A stretch of 48,995 nucleotides of DNA, the filler included, from Sphacelaria rigidula (Eukaryota), in NCBI GenBank assembly GCA_964200075.2. It is 3 parts of 3 records of this genome, joined end to end, with 100 filler letters (N's around TTAATTAATTAA, not from the genome) between each part and the next. Parts side by side here need not be neighbours in the genome. Positions count along the whole stretch, not along the records: positions 32,734 to 48,995 come from CAXNAA020001419.1; 2 more parts are not named here. One strand, written 5' to 3'. Positions 46,001 through 48,995 of this stretch are shown one piece after another (the stretch's first letter is position 1; each line of letters opens with the position of its first letter). Position numbers and translations under genes: made by a program. The notes under the pieces are model-generated. The model saw only the letters and a list, made by a program, of their open reading frames with translations. It had not been told where the DNA came from and did no database searches.

Positions 46001-48155
46001 GATACAATCGCATGACTCTACCCAACATGTGAGTATCGTCGAGTACGATCTCAATACTCTCCTCAAGTCTTGGATACTCAGAGGACCATTTTTAACATAC
46101 CCAAACGTAAAAAATACCTTACCCAACACACCCCCGTATCACTCGTACCAAGAGTGTACAGTGTACTCAGTTTCTAAAGTAAGATTTCGTCGCGCCCCAC
46201 ACGGGCCTCCGCCTCCCCCCCCCCCGAGGCAAATCTCACCGGATCCCTTCAGGGAGAGGTGTGAGGGCAAAGTCGGTCATCGCGATGATCCACGGCACTG
46301 CCCACGGTTGCAGGGCATCGGTCACGGGAGGGTTTATCGCGAATTGGAACGCCAGGAGGCGTACGGGTTTGGGGAGGTCGGGGTCCGCCAGCTTCATCCT
46401 CATCTTGGCCGACCAGGCAGGTTCATACCTGCGAATTGAGGGGTGGAAGCAATTCGGCCGGGGGCAAGGGGGACTTGTCGATCTAGATCATTTGTGAGGA
46501 CACTATGTTCCCAAACCATGTTGTGTGATTGCCTCTTTGCAATGTCATGCATAGTAACTTCTTCGGTTGTACTCGACGTTTGGAAGCTTTTAGTGAGACC
46601 ATGTTTCGCTGAGGGGTCGAGTGATTTCAATTTGGTGGTCATACAATCCTTAGTCGATAGGAGGCAGGAAACTGATGAATCTTCCTTTCCCACAAAATAC
46701 ACCGATCGATGTACAACTACAATAGTAATTTCTCGTGACTGGCTGACTTACACTCCTTTACTCTGCTCCGCACGATCAAGCCACCCTTCTCCGAACAGTC
46801 GCGTCTCCGTGTCAATGACTAGAAGCAACGACCGCATACACGGCTCTCTGTTGACGTGACTCAATTCAAATACCACCCCCCCGCTCCCCTTCTCCTCCTC
46901 CGCCATGGCTGCGCCACCGCCACGCTTTCTCTGCCACACTTCACCCTCGCCTTTAGCAGCATTTGGTCCTTTGGAGAAAACCGGGGACATGCTACCCCCT
47001 TCCTGTGATTGCGATGGTGCTTGGGACGCATCATGGCCATTATCTAAAACGATAAACGAGTGCGGGGGTGGGATGGTGGCCAGCACAAGAACCCACCAAC
47101 GCGGAAAATACAAGAGACGCAGAGCTCAGTAAAAACACCTTGGATGCAATGTCCATTGACAGCATTACACGCAAAAACGCGGAATCGGGAATTGTGGTTT
47201 CTCTTTCTTCTTCACATGTTTCTTTCAGATTGTTTCGTAATATTTAACGCAGCGGTCGCTTGGCCTGCTCAAGAAGACGAGGCGACAGGCTCTCCATTTC
47301 CCCGCGATTGCGAGGGCATTGTTGGCACGCGCTATCGTCATCATCTGGCCAGAACTACCGAGGGGAGGAAGGAGATACGTGAAGAGTCGTGGGAGGAGCA
47401 GGAGAAGGAGGAGTAGTGGCGGTTCAGGGAAGCTCAAGGTCAGCCTGTTGTACTAGGCACAGTCAGTCAAACCAAGGCCGGATGTGTTAATCAAAACGTC
47501 TCCAGGCCTACCCATCAGGGAGAAGGATGGGGTGTATCCTGCACCGAGTACAGCGTCAACCATGTATGCAGTATTGTCGTGATCGAGCTCAATGCTGTTT
47601 TGAAACGACAGTCGTGTCGTCTTTGGTCTGCGACGGAGAGGAGCGGGAAAACGACGGGGCAAAAATCACGTTCGACATGCGACTGAAAAAAAGGGTGAGG
47701 CGCATGTGTGAGATGCAGCCAGACAAGGGGTGGTGCTGCATCAACCATGGCATTGCGAAGCGCGCGGAACGCATTGCGCGCTTCAGAGAGGCGAATTTGG
47801 GGGCGTGAAAGGGAGTTTCAAGACGAGGAGAGCAGAGTCGGAGGGGCGGGGGAGGGTGGGATAAGAGGGAGTAAAACGAGAAGCAAGGTATGGATGCACT
47901 GCTGCTGCGTCATTCTACTTTTCAAGGTACAGTACCCGCCATCACAAGCATTGAATATCGAAGAGTAATGGATTTCTATTACAACGGTGGATAGACGCGC
48001 GACAAGTAATCTCGGAAAACAAAAACACGGCAAGATGGCAGTGGCCATCAGGGTCTACGATCTCTCACCGGAGGCAGCTCCTCCAGGACCAGACCAGGCG
48101 GGTTCCGCAAGTGCTGCTTGGCTGCTGTACGTCTCTCGGGCGTCTTCTTTGCGCC
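36698..48155 (-). CDS. PRKDC: DNA-dependent protein kinase catalytic subunit, internal exons (partial at both ends)
   Basis: Phase-compatible GT-AG chain 47512-47627, 46752-47043, 46240-46428, 45110-45178, 44179-44290, 42563-42725, 40027-40129, 39247-39322, then ~36698-37067. Peptides are colinear with human DNA-PKcs ~2030-2390 as recalled: FELSHVNREPCMRSL (LEMDELNRHECMAPL); PAWSAKMRMKLADPDLPKPVRLLAFQFAIN ([30 protein letters not shown]); EGLHYLLRDF (EGIHYMVVEI); NRLVSHLM...LRANMELVTGLI (NRLLNFLM...FRHNLEIIKTLV); AGLNLLGVL (VGIQLLGIV); VMLRVTSVYPRAL (CLNKVTKSFPPLA). Confidence 0.9.
37560..37870 (+). repeat. Dispersed repeat homologous to 745-1036
   Basis: See 745-1036; this copy lies in a PRKDC intron. 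Confidence 0.8.
38960..39200 (-). mobile_element. SINE family B copy
   Basis: Minus-strand GGTTCAATTCCTGCC B box and body GAGACCAAAATGCAAG...CCCTTGAGATCATGGACTCGTCTGAAGAGGAAGG matching 7137-7220. Confidence 0.72.
39247..39322 (-). CDS. PRKDC: PRKDC exon
   Basis: tgcgcag|C ... AGG|gtatgt; KESSGARAKHTILAGLNLLGVLFLR. Confidence 0.82.
40027..40129 (-). CDS. PRKDC: PRKDC exon
   Basis: accgtag|GC ... AG|gtaagg; EERFATRNDLRLNLQCIVDMLGVREG; phases 1/2 fit both neighbours. Confidence 0.75.
40783..40908. repeat. Perfect tandem duplication, 2 x 63 bp
   Basis: 40783-40845 equals 40846-40908. Confidence 0.95.
40970..41151. mobile_element. CACACCCTGGA-family palindromic MITE (hAT-like)
   Basis: CACACCCTGGATCATGACAATA / TATTGTCATTATCCAGGGTGTG; flanks aagctttc/aagcttcc form a 7/8 TSD. 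Confidence 0.88.
41700..41977 (-). mobile_element. SINE family B copy with a clear tRNA-like head
   Basis: Minus strand: GGTGGTCTAAATTG ... GGGTTCGAATCCTGCCA, then a body homologous to 7040-7195. Confidence 0.75.
42563..42725 (-). CDS. PRKDC: PRKDC exon
   Basis: gggcag|GTA ... G|gtgcga; VSHLMSVCSYPEGRNPMLRANMELVTGLIGLFGDP. Confidence 0.87.
44179..44290 (-). CDS. PRKDC: PRKDC exon
   Basis: catcag|C ... CTG|gtgaga; GWGGVIREKRKEERRRASEGVTEGVAGQPLLDVGNRL. Confidence 0.82.
45110..45178 (-). CDS. PRKDC: PRKDC exon
   Basis: caacag|C ... AG|gtgacc; RDGEEGLHYLLRDFSHVLLDVK. Confidence 0.88.
46240..46428 (-). CDS. PRKDC: PRKDC exon
   Basis: ttcgcag|G ... CG|gtgaga; YEPAWSAKMRMKLADPDLPKPVRLLAFQFAINPPVTDALQPWAVPWIIAMTDFAL. 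Confidence 0.9.
46752..47043 (-). CDS. PRKDC: PRKDC exon with SQ cluster
   Basis: gttttag|AT ... GT|gtaagt; SQAPSQSQ...FELSHVNREPCMRSLLLVID. Confidence 0.87.
47512..47627 (-). CDS. PRKDC: PRKDC exon
   Basis: Strong acceptor ctctccgtcgcag|, donor G|gtaggc; YMVDAVLGAGYTPSFSL (cf. YLADSTLSEEMSQFDF). Confidence 0.65.
48069..48155 (-). CDS. PRKDC: Probable PRKDC exon (reading frame unresolved)
   Basis: cacgcag| ... |gtgaga; 87 bp open in all three frames. Confidence 0.45.
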
Positions 48156-48905
48156 CTGCGTGCGGTACAAGTTGTTCATTCGGTTTGGTTCGGATGCGAA
48201 ACACATGCTTCTTTGGCAAGTCATGGCATGATTAAATGGTGTTTTCCAGTTGCAGTAGGTTGACCCAATATGAATCACTGTATGACATCGTGGTATTGTT
48301 CAATGGACCATTTGTTTCTTCAGCCCATCGGTTGTTGGATAATATTCGCTTGTTTATTCGAAACTTTTGCGTGTGATTTCGGGGGGATGACAGCATTTGA
48401 ACCATCAGCCGATGAATTCCTCTTAAATAAGCACAACATTTTCTGGTATCCTTGTTTTTTTTCTGCTTTTTCTAATCAAGAGTTTTTTTGCTTGTTGTCG
48501 ATTGATCGCTTGATTCTTCTCAACAAAATATGACGTGTAATTTGGTGCTGAGACCATTACGGTAGGCCGAATGTCACTATTCACTGACATGAAGGTTTAG
48601 GAGCGATGTGCGTAGATATTTGTCTAACGCGACCGACAGGTTGCAGCCCCAACGAGTTTCAACGGGCACGCAACCTAGCCTAGCTACCCCTGCATACCCA
48701 AGACCTCCAACATTCACCCCAACGTCTGACCTGCACGGAGCGGCAACTGGTATCCCTCACTATGTTCATCAAATCTGGGTTAAAAAACTGTCATTTGCCT
48801 TTTCCCCCGTGGACACGAGTATTTCGCTCTCGATCTCATGTACCGCTTGCTATCCTATTGACACGCCTCCTCTAGGGGAACACGCCGGGGCATATGTCCA
48901 CGAGA

Positions 48906-48938
48906 GGGGGGGGGGGGGGGGGGGGAGGGGGGGGGGGG
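48906..48938. repeat. Poly(G) tract near the contig end
   Basis: Direct reading of the sequence. Confidence 0.9.
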
Positions 48939-48995
48939 AACCAATCGGAGGATATCCCCAAAAAAAATGGCGCCCCAAGAAACTCGAAAAAAAAA

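Noticed and set aside
47527..47808. WRKY19-like zinc-finger ORF on the + strand
   Set aside because: The motif is incomplete and lies antisense to a PRKDC exon and intron.
1..48995. A telomere/DNA-repair gene cluster (CTC1 plus DNA-PKcs)
   Set aside because: The genes are on different contigs joined by artificial linkers in size order, so there is no evidence of real linkage.

Overview
Eukaryotic, intron-rich and repeat-rich DNA, most consistent with a brown alga or related stramenopile (inference). The window is not one locus. It is three contigs (1-16268, 16369-32633, 32734-48995; 16268, 16265 and 16262 bp) joined by identical N44-TTAATTAATTAA-N44 spacers, apparently sorted by length. Contig 1 carries ten phase-compatible exons (1360-14248, +) of a 5'-truncated CTC1 (telomere CST complex) gene with very large low-complexity insertions, plus the last exon of an unidentified convergent gene. 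Contig 2 carries exons of a divergent VDAC/porin gene (-) and the 3' exons of a PPR gene (-). Contig 3 carries internal exons of a DNA-PKcs (PRKDC) gene (-). Introns and intergenic DNA hold palindromic MITEs (mariner-, hAT- and Harbinger-like), two tRNA-derived SINE families, a repeat with a poly(G)/poly(C) end, a dimeric minisatellite, tandem duplications and microsatellites. Protein identifications come from manual splicing and motif comparison with human and oomycete sequences recalled from memory, not from a database search.
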